A DNA stretch of 64,000 nucleotides, taken from the NCBI GenBank assembly GCA_024275955.1, contig JAJRYD010000004.1, positions 69,346 to 133,345 on the forward strand, written 5' to 3'. This DNA is from Nitrospirota bacterium. Lineage in GTDB: Bacteria; Nitrospinota_A; UBA7883; JACRGQ01. Positions within the stretch are counted from its first letter, which is position 1, and each line of letters starts with the position of its first letter. The notes below the pieces were generated by a model that was not told the DNA's origin, did not search any database, and worked only from the letters and a program-made list of their open reading frames with translations. Both the position numbers and the translations under genes were made by a program. Of this stretch, positions 21,839 through 31,909 are shown one piece after another.

Positions 21839-22545
21839 TGACTATTACAAAAGTTATACAAAACCAACGCGGCGATACATTCATGGTTATGATGACCACG
21901 CTGAATATGCTGTTGCTGGCGTTCTTCATAGTGCTTAACGCTATCTCCGTTCCTAGTGATGAGAATAAAAAACAGGCACTCGGGTCGCTACTTGGCACCT
22001 TTGGCATCCTATCCGCGGGGATGACCCCGACAGCGTCGACAGGTGCTTCGATGATGCCTCCCTCCAGCGAAATGACCGATGGCGAAGCAACAGTAAATGA
22101 ACTTCTGGAAAACCTTGAGCGCTTCTCAAAGGAGCATAAGCTAGAAAAAGATACAAACGTGATGAAGGGAAAAAAAGGCATTAATATATACATGACCTCG
22201 AAGGCGCTTTTTGAACAGGGCAACGCCATTCTTACCGCCGATGCCAAAGAACTGCTTGGGCAGATTGCTATGGTGCTGGATGAGATCGAGGGAAAAGTAA
22301 ATATCGTCGGGCATACCGAAAGAGAAAGCTATCTGGCCGGCCCATACCCCGACAACTGGACTCTCTCTTGGGCAAGGGCCGCGAGTGCTACCAACGAAAT
22401 ACTAAAAGACGAGAACCTCTCCCCCGCGAGATTCTCTATTTCTGGTTACGGTTCCACTCAGCCGTTTCTAGGCGGGGGAACCCCGGAGAGAGACAAGTTT
22501 AACGACAGAGTAGAAGTGATTTTAGAAAGAAAGAGGCGGTACTAA
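21838..22545 (+). CDS. MotB/OmpA-like stator B paralogue lacking the conserved TM Asp
   Basis: TM segment MVMMTTLNMLLLAFFIVL; OmpA-like GHT, NWTLSWARA and NDRVEV. Confidence 0.8.
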   Translation: MTITKVIQNQRGDTFMVMMTTLNMLLLAFFIVLNAISVPSDENKKQALGSLLGTFGILSAGMTPTASTGASMMPPSSEMTDGEATVNELLENLERFSKEHKLEKDTNVMKGKKGINIYMTSKALFEQGNAILTADAKELLGQIAMVLDEIEGKVNIVGHTERESYLAGPYPDNWTLSWARAASATNEILKDENLSPARFSISGYGSTQPFLGGGTPERDKFNDRVEVILERKRRY

Positions 22546-23322
22546 ATGGCCGAAGAACTGATACTCAGAAGAAAAGAGAAGAAATCGGATGGTGAAGAAG
22601 ATGAAGGCGGAGTCGACAAAGATTTCTGGATGATAACCTTCTCAGACCTTCTACAGCTTCTTATCACCTTTTTCGTCCTTCTTATCTCTATGGCATCAAT
22701 GGACGACCAGACTGTTAAAGAGATGTTCTCGGTTTTTACAGGCGGCATGGGAGAGCTTAACTACACCTCTAAACATAGGCTGACAAAACCGAGCGAAATT
22801 CCGGTAGTAATTCCGACCACCGTTACCGTAGACGCGCTTATAGCCCTACTCCGTTTTGATCCATCGGACACAAAGCTAAAGGAAAAAACCGACATGCTTA
22901 TACAAAACATGATTATTGATAGAGTCGAAATCCGAAAACGGGGAAGCGAATTCAGCCTCGTACTCTCCGACGAAGCGGTTTTTGAAGAGGGACAGATAGA
23001 AATAAAGGAAGAGCTAAAGCCGGTTCTCGACAATATCATCGAAATACTATCACTCTCAAACAACACTATAACAATAGAAGGGCATACCGACGATATCCCG
23101 ACAGTCGGCCGGTTTTTGCATACGAACTGGGAACTTTCCGCGGCAAGAGCGACAAGTGTGCTTAGATATATGATGGAAAATGGAACAATCGGGGTAGAGA
23201 GAATGCAGGCTAAAGGAATGGCCTCTTTTAACCCAAAAACAAGAAACATAAGCGAAAATTACAGAAAACGGAACAGGCGGGTAGAAATTGTGATAAAACA
23301 GTTTGATAAGGAACCTTTTTAA
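22546..23322 (+). CDS. motB: Flagellar stator B subunit
   Basis: WMITFSDLLQLLITFFVLL; EGHTDD, NWELSAARA, NRRVEI. Confidence 0.93.
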   Translation: MAEELILRRKEKKSDGEEDEGGVDKDFWMITFSDLLQLLITFFVLLISMASMDDQTVKEMFSVFTGGMGELNYTSKHRLTKPSEIPVVIPTTVTVDALIALLRFDPSDTKLKEKTDMLIQNMIIDRVEIRKRGSEFSLVLSDEAVFEEGQIEIKEELKPVLDNIIEILSLSNNTITIEGHTDDIPTVGRFLHTNWELSAARATSVLRYMMENGTIGVERMQAKGMASFNPKTRNISENYRKRNRRVEIVIKQFDKEPF

Positions 23323-23334
23323 GGAGGATCGCTA

Positions 23335-23868
23335 ATGGCGACAGAGGAACCGCTGGACGACGACGAAGCAGAAGGAGGCGACAAGCCGAAAAAAACCGGC
23401 TCTAAGGTTCTGCTTTTGGCTTTGGCCGCAGTAGCTCTCTTGGCTCTTGCGGGAGGCGGAGCCTATATGTTCCTTTCTGGCGACCCAGCACCAGAAACAA
23501 AAAAGGCTGGCGAACAAGAAGCAGGCGAAGAAGCTGAAGCAGTGGCGAACGAAGAGGCGGCTAAACTTGGAGATGTGCTGGCACTCGATGCCTTTATAGT
23601 CAACCTTGCCGGAGAATCTGGAAAACGCTACCTAAAAATCACGATGCAACTCGAAATGAATAACTCAACACTGGCCGAAGAGATCCAAAACAAAATGCCT
23701 CAGATAAAGGACTCCGTTATCACCGTCCTCTCATCTAAAACAACTGACGACCTTTTGACGATTGAGGGCAAGTTTCTCCTTAAAGAACAACTGCTTACCA
23801 GAGTCAACTCTCTCCTTAGAACTGGAGTAGTAAAGAATGTCTATTTTGTCGAGTTTGTCATACAGTAG
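23335..23868 (+). CDS. fliL: Flagellar basal body-associated protein FliL
   Basis: Single TM; FIVNLA...RYLK...VYFVEFVIQ. Confidence 0.95.
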   Translation: MATEEPLDDDEAEGGDKPKKTGSKVLLLALAAVALLALAGGGAYMFLSGDPAPETKKAGEQEAGEEAEAVANEEAAKLGDVLALDAFIVNLAGESGKRYLKITMQLEMNNSTLAEEIQNKMPQIKDSVITVLSSKTTDDLLTIEGKFLLKEQLLTRVNSLLRTGVVKNVYFVEFVIQ

Positions 23869-23906
23869 CGTTGCAGGTATTTTTATAATTTAAATCGGTA
23901 TAAAAA

Positions 23907-24920
23907 ATGAGTCAGATATTATCACAGGACGAAGTCGACGCTCTATTACGCGGTGTAAGCGATGGCGAGATAGAAACCGAAGCCGAAGACCTCGGCGACG
24001 ATTCCGGCGTTGTCCCTTACGACCTTACCAGCCAAGAGAGAATTATACGCGGCAGGATGCCGACGCTCGACATCATAAACCAGCGGTTTTCGCGTATTTT
24101 CCGCAACTCCCTCTCTACAGCTCTAAGAAAGGTACTCGATGTCAGTGCTGTTTCGACCGACACCGTAAAGTTCGGCGAATTTATCAAGTCGCTTCCGGTG
24201 CCAGCTTCACTACATATCTTCCGCATCGCCCCTTTAAGGGGGTTTGCTTTGCTGGTGGCAGAGTCCAAAATGGCGTTTGCGCTAGTTGATTCCTTTTTCG
24301 GCGGTACCGGCGAGTCAAAAATGAAGATCGAGGGACGAGATTTCACCGCCATAGAGCAAAGACTGATTAAAAAAGTGGTTTTAATGATGCTCAAAGATAT
24401 GCAGAAGGCATGGGTACCTGTGCATCAGGTCGAGATGTCGTTTGTCCGCTCAGAGGTAAACCCGCAGTTCGCCGCCATTGTTCCTCCTACCGATGTTGTA
24501 GTTGTAATCCTGTACGAAATCGAGATGGACCAGTTTGCCGGAACAATAACGGTATGCCTGCCGTACTCCACGATAGAACCGATAATAGGAAAGCTTAAAG
24601 CCGGTTTCCAGAGCGACCAGCTCGAAGTAGACCTTACATGGGTAAGAAGGCTTCGTGAAAGGCTGGCGATGGCGGCGGTAGAGGTAAAAGTTTTGCTGGG
24701 AGAAGCAAGAATGCCGGTGCATGAATTTCTTGAGCTAAAGCCCGGCTCGGTAATCGAGCTTGGAACAGACGTAACGGACGACCTCCCTATATTTATCGGG
24801 GGGGTCGAAAAGTTTAGAGGCTTCCCTGGCGTTGTGCGGGGCAATAAGGCTATAAGGATCTCAAAAATGATAAGTAGGGTGGGCAAAGACGAGCCAACTA
24901 AGGTAGAATCAGAAGCATGA
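23907..24920 (+). CDS. fliM: Flagellar motor switch protein FliM
   Basis: LSQDEVDALL CheY-binding peptide; GRDFTAIE; SEVNPQF. Confidence 0.97.
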   Translation: MSQILSQDEVDALLRGVSDGEIETEAEDLGDDSGVVPYDLTSQERIIRGRMPTLDIINQRFSRIFRNSLSTALRKVLDVSAVSTDTVKFGEFIKSLPVPASLHIFRIAPLRGFALLVAESKMAFALVDSFFGGTGESKMKIEGRDFTAIEQRLIKKVVLMMLKDMQKAWVPVHQVEMSFVRSEVNPQFAAIVPPTDVVVVILYEIEMDQFAGTITVCLPYSTIEPIIGKLKAGFQSDQLEVDLTWVRRLRERLAMAAVEVKVLLGEARMPVHEFLELKPGSVIELGTDVTDDLPIFIGGVEKFRGFPGVVRGNKAIRISKMISRVGKDEPTKVESEA

Positions 24921-25336
24921 GTGATGATGTAAACGAAGAGGAAGATTTGTGGGGGGCCGCCGCCGAAGACCTTGAAAAGCAACGTGAGATGCTAAAAGAG
25001 GAAGCGCAGTCGGCGGGAGACTCTGCCGACGAAGCGCAAGCCGCTACAGGCGGAGCGATAGCGACAAGTGCCGATGACGATAAGTACGCAAGAATCCTCG
25101 ATATCCCTCTGAGCCTTTCTGTGGAATTAGGTGATGCCAAAATGCTCATCAACGACCTGCTTCAGCTCGGTCAAGGGTCGGTCATAGAGCTGGCAAAGCT
25201 GGTGGGAGAACCTCTCGACGTAAGAGTAAATACTAGGCTTATAGCCAAGGGCGAGGTTGTCGTCGTGAACGAAAAGTTTGGAGTGCGGCTTACCGAAGTA
25301 CTCGACGCAAAAGAAATAATAGAAAATCTAGCCTAG
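24917..25336 (+). CDS. fliN: Flagellar motor switch protein FliN
   Basis: ILDIPL..SVELG...GEVVVVNEKFGVR. Confidence 0.96.
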   Translation: MSDDVNEEEDLWGAAAEDLEKQREMLKEEAQSAGDSADEAQAATGGAIATSADDDKYARILDIPLSLSVELGDAKMLINDLLQLGQGSVIELAKLVGEPLDVRVNTRLIAKGEVVVVNEKFGVRLTEVLDAKEIIENLA

Positions 25337-25483
25337 CTTCTGGTATAATCCGCACTGACCGTCCCGTACTGTTCACGGGGCTTCAAGTTTACTGCCGTTT
25401 TAAGGATACGGCACCTCGTAGGTTTTTTAACGACCGGCGCTCGCGCTCTCCACCTCCGGGTTTTATTAGGGATAAACATAACG

Positions 25484-26611
25484 ATGAGTGATTCAGTTTC
25501 AGGCATTCTTGAAATCGTACAAAAGGGGTACGGCTTCCTAAGGTCTCTGCCAGACAACCTTGTGATAGCCCCGACAGACCCATACATATCGCCAAAGCTT
25601 ATACAGATACACCGGCTAAAGACCGGCATGGAAATATCCGGCAAAGGCAAAACACTCAAAAACCAGCCAAACATAGCGCTCGATATCATCGACACCATAA
25701 ACGGTCTCGACCCGAAAAAGGCAAAAGAGCTGATACCATTTCAAAAACTTACAGCTATAGACCCAGAGGAACAACTGCATCTTGAGGTCGATAAAACGAC
25801 CACATCGACAAGAATTATAGACCTCTTCGTACCGATAGGAATGGGACAGCGGGTCCTTATCGTCTCGCCTCCCAAAGCTGGAAAAACAACCATCATGGAA
25901 GATATAGCAAAAGGCGTAGAGATAAACTACCCGGAAGCGCACTTGAGCGTATTCCTTGTCGATGAAAGACCGGAAGAGGCTACACACTTCAAACGAACGA
26001 TAGGCGGAGAGGGGATATCTACCGACTTCGATAGACCAAACAAAGAACATATAAGAATAGCGCACCTCGTTTTTGAAAGAGCAAAGAGCCTTGCCGAAGC
26101 GGGGCAAGATGTAATACTGCTGGTCGATTCGCTTACAAGGCTCGGCAGAGCGTTCAACCGCGATGTAGACAGCCGGGGCAAAACTCTCTCCGGCGGTCTC
26201 TCGCACGGCGCGCTCGATTTCCCCAGAAGGTTCTACGGCTCTGCAAGAAATATCGAAGGCGAAGGAAGCCTTACGATAATCGCCTCCATACTGGTAGATA
26301 CCGGAAGCAAAATGGACGAACTTATCTTACAAGAGTTTAAAGGAACAGGCAACTGCGAAATAGTACTCGACCGTACTCTCGCCGATTCCAGAATATTCCC
26401 CGCGATAGATTTCCAAAAATCCGGCACAAGAAAAGATGAAAAACTTATATCGCCCGATTCCTACCGAAAAATAAACCTTATCCGAAGAGCGATGCTCGAC
26501 GATAAACGAGGCGAGAAATATAGAATGTTCCTCGAAAAATTCAACCAATCGGAAACCAACGAAAAATTTCTCGACACTATCCCCGACCCTGCCAAAATGC
26601 GCACCATGTAA
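25484..26611 (+). CDS. rho: Transcription termination factor Rho (short form lacking the N-terminal helical domain)
   Basis: GYGFLR, PIGMGQR, PPKAGKT, DERPEE, DSLTRL, EFKGTGNCE, SGTRK. Confidence 0.93.
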   Translation: MSDSVSGILEIVQKGYGFLRSLPDNLVIAPTDPYISPKLIQIHRLKTGMEISGKGKTLKNQPNIALDIIDTINGLDPKKAKELIPFQKLTAIDPEEQLHLEVDKTTTSTRIIDLFVPIGMGQRVLIVSPPKAGKTTIMEDIAKGVEINYPEAHLSVFLVDERPEEATHFKRTIGGEGISTDFDRPNKEHIRIAHLVFERAKSLAEAGQDVILLVDSLTRLGRAFNRDVDSRGKTLSGGLSHGALDFPRRFYGSARNIEGEGSLTIIASILVDTGSKMDELILQEFKGTGNCEIVLDRTLADSRIFPAIDFQKSGTRKDEKLISPDSYRKINLIRRAMLDDKRGEKYRMFLEKFNQSETNEKFLDTIPDPAKMRTM

Positions 26612-26896
26612 CAGGCAACGCCTGTTAGTAGCTGTCGCACGCGACAAATACACCGAAAAGAGTTTCAAAAGTTTTTGTACACTGCCCACCAAGCGAAAAG
26701 CAAACCCGCAATGCGGGCGCAGAACGCGTGGAGCCAGCTCTCGCTCGCGGTAAGCAACGCCTACTGGTAACCACGCAACCGCGTGAAGGCAGTAGTCGCT
26801 CGCGGGAAAATATAATTCCTTAAATTTCTAAAAATTCTTCATGCACCGTTGCCGACTCTGTCGGGACGCTTATCGTAAGTGCCACAGACAAGAAAT

Positions 26897-27026
26897 GGGA
26901 CTGTTTCCAAAAGAGTTTTTTTAAGCATTTTAAGGAAAAGTTTATTTTCTAACTTCTTTAAAATAGAACCGTTAGAGATTGGCAATTTGTAGCAAACCCA
27001 AGATTGTCTTATTCGGCAACAGCCCC
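26897..27026. mobile_element. MITE-A copy 2 (130 bp)
   Basis: Same ends as copy 1; 5-bp duplication GAAAT at 26892-26896 and 27027-27031. Confidence 0.92.
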
Positions 27027-27355
27027 GAAATAACTCTTCCGCCAGAGATGGTCTGAAAGCCGGTGCCGCACGGCGCCCACGTAAACAAAGTTATCCTCTA
27101 TGTCGCCGTCTTAAAGTGAGAGGCTTATCTCTAGCGGCACAGTCACCTTTTGTCTGTAAATTGTCAGGCATAGACAACCTTTCAAAACTGTCATTCTGCG
27201 CGTGACCAGCAGGCGGGAGATGCCTATTGCACCGCAAGCAGAAAATCAGATACCTGCTCTCTACCGCAACGCTCCTCATAGTAACGCCCCTCCTGCGGGG
27301 CGACAGCTATGCGTTTGCCAAGCATTCCCGAGCGGTTTACCTTAAACCATATCTA

Positions 27356-27388
27356 TCGCCAGCCCTTCGGCAAGCTCAGGGCTGGCGA
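27356..27388. repeat. REP-like palindrome TCGCCAGCCCT-TCGGCAAGCTC-AGGGCTGGCGA
   Basis: Perfect 11-bp inverted arms. Confidence 0.7.
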
Positions 27389-27446
27389 AAAGCAGACCCG
27401 CAATGCGGGTGGCACCACACCCCTGTGGTGGGATAGAATGCTACTC

Positions 27447-28079
27447 ATGGGTGCGGTAATTTACAGGGAGAGGCTCTCCCGCAAAATGATAGAAGGGGCT
27501 GTGCGAGCTCTTAAAAAAGGGGAGCTTATAATCTACCCGACCGATACCCTCTACGGTATAGGGTGCGACCTTAAAAACGCGAAAGCGCTGGAAAAGTTAA
27601 ACAAACTAAAAAACAGACCAAAGCTCAAACCGTTCAGCTTCATCTGCGAGGGGCTTAGCGAGGTAGCCGAGTACGCGAAAGTTTCCAATCAGGCACACAG
27701 AGTGATGAAACATTGTCTGCCGGGGCCGTACACATTCGTGCTTCCGATGAACAGAACCATACCAAAAAAAATGGCGAACAGCGACCATGCCGTCGGCATA
27801 AGAATACCGAACCACCATGTACCGCTTGAAATTGTAAAAGCTTTCGGCGGGCCGATAACTACCACCTCTGTGAACATATCGACAGAGGAGCCTCTGTGCG
27901 CGATTGGCGATCTCTCGCAAGAGTTCCTTAACGCCGTTTCGGTAATTATAGATGCCGGCCCTTTGGAGAACGAATCATCAACCATCGTAGATTTCACCAG
28001 CGAGATACCAAGCATACTTCGTAAAGGAAAAGGTCTGGACGAGCTAAAGCCGTACATAGATTTCGTGGAAGAGGAATGA
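27447..28079 (+). CDS. tsaC: L-threonylcarbamoyladenylate synthase (Sua5/YrdC/YciO family)
   Basis: YPTDTLYGIGC, LPGPYTF, GIRIP, TTSVN, STIVD. The start is placed at 27447 because the upstream extension runs through repeats. Confidence 0.85.
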   Translation: MGAVIYRERLSRKMIEGAVRALKKGELIIYPTDTLYGIGCDLKNAKALEKLNKLKNRPKLKPFSFICEGLSEVAEYAKVSNQAHRVMKHCLPGPYTFVLPMNRTIPKKMANSDHAVGIRIPNHHVPLEIVKAFGGPITTTSVNISTEEPLCAIGDLSQEFLNAVSVIIDAGPLENESSTIVDFTSEIPSILRKGKGLDELKPYIDFVEEE

Positions 28080-29611
28080 CCTTCAAGTATCGGTGGGCGG
28101 CCAAAGGCGATATAAACGCCTTTTTCGGCCTTATGCTCGACAACATGACAGGCCTTGTTATACTCGCCTCGATACTTATAGGCATTTTTAATATGCCTTC
28201 CGACATCGTTTTGCTGAAAATGATTCCAGGCACCGCGCTTGGCATTATGCTGGGCGATTTTGCCTATTCATGGATGGCGTTCCGGCTCGCCAAAAAGGAA
28301 GAAAGACAAGATGTATGCGCGATGCCTCTCGGCATAGACGCGGTAGCTCTTTTTGGTCTTTCGCTTGGAGTTATCGGCCCTGCGTACCTTGTTACAGAGA
28401 ATGCCGAAAAAGCATGGGCGGTAGGGATGGCGGTTCTAATAGTGATGGGCGGCGTTAAAACGATAACCGCGTTTTTCGGCGAAGCGGTAAGACGAAACAT
28501 TCCCCGCTCCGCTCTTCTTGGCTCTATCGGCGCGCTTGCCGTTACGCTTATCGCTTTCTTGCCGTTTATAAAAATATTCGCAGACCCTATCCCCGGTTTC
28601 GTAGCATTCGGCGTAATACTGATGACCTTTATAGCGAGAATAAAACTGCCGTGGGAAATGCCCGGCGCGCTCGCCGCCGTAGTGCTTGGCACCGTTGTTT
28701 ACTACATATCAAAAATGTTGGGCCTCTCGCCAGAAAATCATATAACAGAACTGTCTTTGGCGTTCGCAATCCCTTTGCCGACTATGCTCTTTATGGATGG
28801 TCTTTCGATGGGACTGCAATACCTTCCGCTTGCTATACCGATAGCGATAAGCAATGTGATAGGCGGTATAGACAACACCGAAAGCGCGGCAGTAGCCGGA
28901 GACAGCTATCCCACGCGCGACATACTTTTGGTAGAAGGAGTGGCGACGCTTATAGCAGGGTTTTGCGGCGGGGTAATACAAAACAGTCCGTACATAGGAC
29001 ACCCAGCGTATAAACGGATGGGCGGAAGGGCGGCATATACCATCGCCTGCGGGCTGTTTATCGGCTTAGGTGCTATCTTTGGGCTTGTCGGTTTTCTTAT
29101 ATCTATACTCCCCGAATCTGTGATGGTACCTATACTGGTCTTTATAGGGCTGGAGGTTATATCTCAAGCTTACCGTGAAACCGACGCGAGGTATTTCCCC
29201 GCTGTTTCGATATGCTTCATACCGGCGATCGCCTACCTGCTGTATATACAGTTCGGCCAGATAATGGGGCCGGCAGGGTTGACCGTGAGCGATCTTACCA
29301 AAGACTTTCAAGTAACCTACAACTCGACAATGCTTCTCTCCAACGGCTTTATATGCACAGCTATAGTATGGGGTGCTATGACAACGCACCTGATAGACCA
29401 GAACCTTAAAAAGGCGGCTAGTTTCTGCGTAATCGCCGCCTTTGGCACTGCTGTTGGGCTTATGCACTCCCCATTTTCCGATGGACATCTTTTCCTGCCA
29501 AGCTTTACCCTCCCAGCGTCTGTCTACACCATAACAGCAGGCTATTTGTTAATGGCGCTTTCCTACTTTATAATGTCTGGCTTTAATGAAAAAGCTGGCA
29601 AAACCGCCTGA
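28076..29611 (+). CDS. NCS2/AzgA-like permease (xanthine/uracil/vitamin C family)
   Basis: GDINAFFGL, ESAAVAGDSY, YIGHPAYK.MGGR; many TM segments. Confidence 0.8.
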   Translation: MTFKYRWAAKGDINAFFGLMLDNMTGLVILASILIGIFNMPSDIVLLKMIPGTALGIMLGDFAYSWMAFRLAKKEERQDVCAMPLGIDAVALFGLSLGVIGPAYLVTENAEKAWAVGMAVLIVMGGVKTITAFFGEAVRRNIPRSALLGSIGALAVTLIAFLPFIKIFADPIPGFVAFGVILMTFIARIKLPWEMPGALAAVVLGTVVYYISKMLGLSPENHITELSLAFAIPLPTMLFMDGLSMGLQYLPLAIPIAISNVIGGIDNTESAAVAGDSYPTRDILLVEGVATLIAGFCGGVIQNSPYIGHPAYKRMGGRAAYTIACGLFIGLGAIFGLVGFLISILPESVMVPILVFIGLEVISQAYRETDARYFPAVSICFIPAIAYLLYIQFGQIMGPAGLTVSDLTKDFQVTYNSTMLLSNGFICTAIVWGAMTTHLIDQNLKKAASFCVIAAFGTAVGLMHSPFSDGHLFLPSFTLPASVYTITAGYLLMALSYFIMSGFNEKAGKTA

Positions 29612-29641
29612 TTTTGCCTGAACCGATAAATAAGGAGCAAG

Positions 29642-31375
29642 ATGGACGTTCATAGAATGCGTCATTCCGCCGCGCATGTAATGGCGGAAGCGATAAAGGG
29701 GCTGTACCCGCAGGCACAGTTTGCGTTCGGGCCGCAAACCGATAACGGTTTTTATTACGACGTAGATATACCGGGCGGAGCTATAAAAGAAGAAGACCTG
29801 CCGAAGATCGAAAAGGCTATGCAAAAAATTGCAAAAGCCAAACTCTGTTTCGATAAAAAAGATATCTCCAGAGAGGATGCGCTGGAGCTTTTCAAAGACC
29901 AGAAGTTCAAGATAAAGGCGCTCGAAGGGCTTTTGAAAGATGAAAAAACAGTTACCGTATACAGGCAAGGCAGTTTTACCGACCTCTGCCGAGGCCCGCA
30001 TGTAGAGCATACCGGCCAGATAGGCGCGTTCAAGCTCGATAAAATAGCAGGAGCCTACTGGCTTGGGAATTCCGAGAACGAACCTCTGCAAAGAATCTAC
30101 GGTCTCTGTTTTGCCACCAAAGAGGAGCTAAAGGAATACCGCCAGATGCTGGTAGAAGCAAGAAAACGCGACCACAGGGTTCTCGGTAAAAAGCTAGAGC
30201 TCTTTTCGTTCCACGACGAAGGGCCGGGCTTCCCGTTCTGGCACCCTAAAGGACTTGTGCTTTTTAATCTTTTAAAAGATTTCGTGCGCGGGGAAAACAG
30301 AAAAAAAGGTGCCAAAGAAATACAAACCCCGGAAGTATTAAGCGTAGACCTCTGGCACCGCTCCGGCCATTACGATAATTTTAAGGACGGTATGTATTTC
30401 ACCGAGGTGGAAAACAGAGAGTACGCCATAAAGCCGATGAACTGCCCCGGCTCTATCCTTATATACAAAGAGAAGCTCCATTCGTTCCGCGACCTGCCGT
30501 TAAGGCTAATGGAGATGGGGCAGGTGCATAGGTTCGAGCTATCCGGCGTGCTACACGGGCTTTTCCGCGCGCGTGCCTTCACGCAAGACGACGGACATAT
30601 ATACTGCACCACAGAGCAGATGGAAAAAGAAATTGTCAGTTTTATCGAATCTGTTTTTCGTCTCTACAATATCTTCGGCTTTACCGAGATAGATGTGTAT
30701 ATAGCTACAAAGCCGAAAAAGGCGATAGGAAGCGACAAAGTGTGGGAGATAGCGACCAGCTCCCTTAAAAACGCTCTGGAAAAGCAAAAGATACAGTACA
30801 AGATAAAAGAGGGCGAAGGCGCGTTCTACGGCCCGAAGATAGAGTTCAACGTGAAAGACTGCATAAAACGCAACTGGCAGTTAGGCACAATACAGGTAGA
30901 CTTCTCTATGCCGGAGCGGTTCGACCTTGAATACATAGAAAGCGACGGCGACAGGCACAGACCTGTTATGCTTCACCGCGCGATACTCGGCTCGCTTGAA
31001 AGGTTCCTCGGAATATATATAGAGCATATCGGCGGAGCGTTCCCCCCTTGGATAGCGCCATTGCAGGTAACGATAATACCTGTCACCGACTCTCAAAACG
31101 ATTACTCCAAAGCTTTGCGTGAAAGGCTCGAGCAGGACGGCCTGAGAGTAGAGGTAGACAGCTCTTCTGAAAGGCTTAGTAAAAAAATAAGAAACGCACA
31201 GATAGCCAAAATTCCGTACATGCTGATAATCGGCGAGAAAGAGGCAAACGCCAAAAACCTCTCGGTAAGGCTTAGGAGCGGTGAAAACATAAACGAAATA
31301 CCGGCAGAAGAGTTTATCGAAAAAGTAAACGACATTATAAAGAGCCGTAGCTCTTCGCTCTGGCCGGCCATTTAG
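29642..31375 (+). CDS. thrS: Threonyl-tRNA synthetase (no N-terminal TGS domain)
   Basis: RHSAAH, DLCRGPH, RDHR, KPMNCP, FTQDDGH, GAFYGPK, HRAILGS.ERF. Confidence 0.98.
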   Translation: MDVHRMRHSAAHVMAEAIKGLYPQAQFAFGPQTDNGFYYDVDIPGGAIKEEDLPKIEKAMQKIAKAKLCFDKKDISREDALELFKDQKFKIKALEGLLKDEKTVTVYRQGSFTDLCRGPHVEHTGQIGAFKLDKIAGAYWLGNSENEPLQRIYGLCFATKEELKEYRQMLVEARKRDHRVLGKKLELFSFHDEGPGFPFWHPKGLVLFNLLKDFVRGENRKKGAKEIQTPEVLSVDLWHRSGHYDNFKDGMYFTEVENREYAIKPMNCPGSILIYKEKLHSFRDLPLRLMEMGQVHRFELSGVLHGLFRARAFTQDDGHIYCTTEQMEKEIVSFIESVFRLYNIFGFTEIDVYIATKPKKAIGSDKVWEIATSSLKNALEKQKIQYKIKEGEGAFYGPKIEFNVKDCIKRNWQLGTIQVDFSMPERFDLEYIESDGDRHRPVMLHRAILGSLERFLGIYIEHIGGAFPPWIAPLQVTIIPVTDSQNDYSKALRERLEQDGLRVEVDSSSERLSKKIRNAQIAKIPYMLIIGEKEANAKNLSVRLRSGENINEIPAEEFIEKVNDIIKSRSSSLWPAI

Positions 31376-31477
31376 CAGGTAAAAATTTGGAGCAGTCGTA
31401 GTTCTATCACCTCCAGCTTGCCGGCGATGACCCTTCTTTTCGATTTTAATAGAACGCTTGAAAAGCTTCGGACTTAA

Positions 31478-31606
31478 GGGACTGTTTCCAAAAAAGTTTT
31501 TTGAGCATTTTAGGGGAAAGCTCATTTTCCAGCTTCTTTAAAATGGAACTGTTAAAGATTGGCAATTTGTAGCAAAATCAAGATTGTGTTATTCGGCAAC
31601 AGCCCC
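31478..31606. mobile_element. MITE-A copy 3 (129 bp)
   Basis: Same ends and internal sequence; flanks CTTAA / ATAAA show no clean duplication. Confidence 0.88.
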
Positions 31607-31882
31607 ATAAAGTAAAAGAGGCTACCGTCTCGTTTTAAAAAATGAGGCGGTGGTAGCGTGGTGGAGGAGCAACATTCTGGGCCAACTCAGCCAACACGCA
31701 CAAACTGAGCCCTTAAAACGCCGGAATCGCGGCAATTTGGCATTACAGGGAGGGGGTGCCAACTTTTCTCAAGCGAGGTTTTCAATTACACATGGTGGCA
31801 CGGTTTCGTTATGGGGTGTCTAAAATACCGCACAAACCGCAAATCGCTAAATCATAATAGCCTGTTTTGTCGTGCTTTAAGT

Positions 31883-31899
31883 TTGGCACATTGTGTGCA
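31883..31899 (+). promoter_or_regulatory. Sigma54 (-24/-12) promoter
   Basis: TTGGCACATTGTGTGCA, with GG at 31885-86 and GC at 31897-98 and exact GG-N10-GC spacing. Confidence 0.65.
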
Positions 31900-31909
31900 G
31901 TAGAAGTTA

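Larger units (their letters stand above)
26693..27409. repeat. 25-bp direct repeat GCGAAAAGCARACCCGCAATGCGGG at 26693-26717 and 27385-27409
   Basis: 24/25 identical; each copy contains a CCCGCA-A-TGCGGG hairpin. Confidence 0.8.

Noticed and set aside
27309..27446. N-terminal extension of tsaC
   Set aside because: It is translated from REP-like hairpins, and family homology begins after 27447.
29642..31375. thrS without TGS domain and without downstream infC-rpmI-rplT
   Set aside because: Both variations are common across bacteria and not informative alone.
31793..31812. TGGCAC motifs as further sigma54 promoters (also near 11538, 14690 and 36680)
   Set aside because: They lack GC at the required GG-N10-GC spacing.
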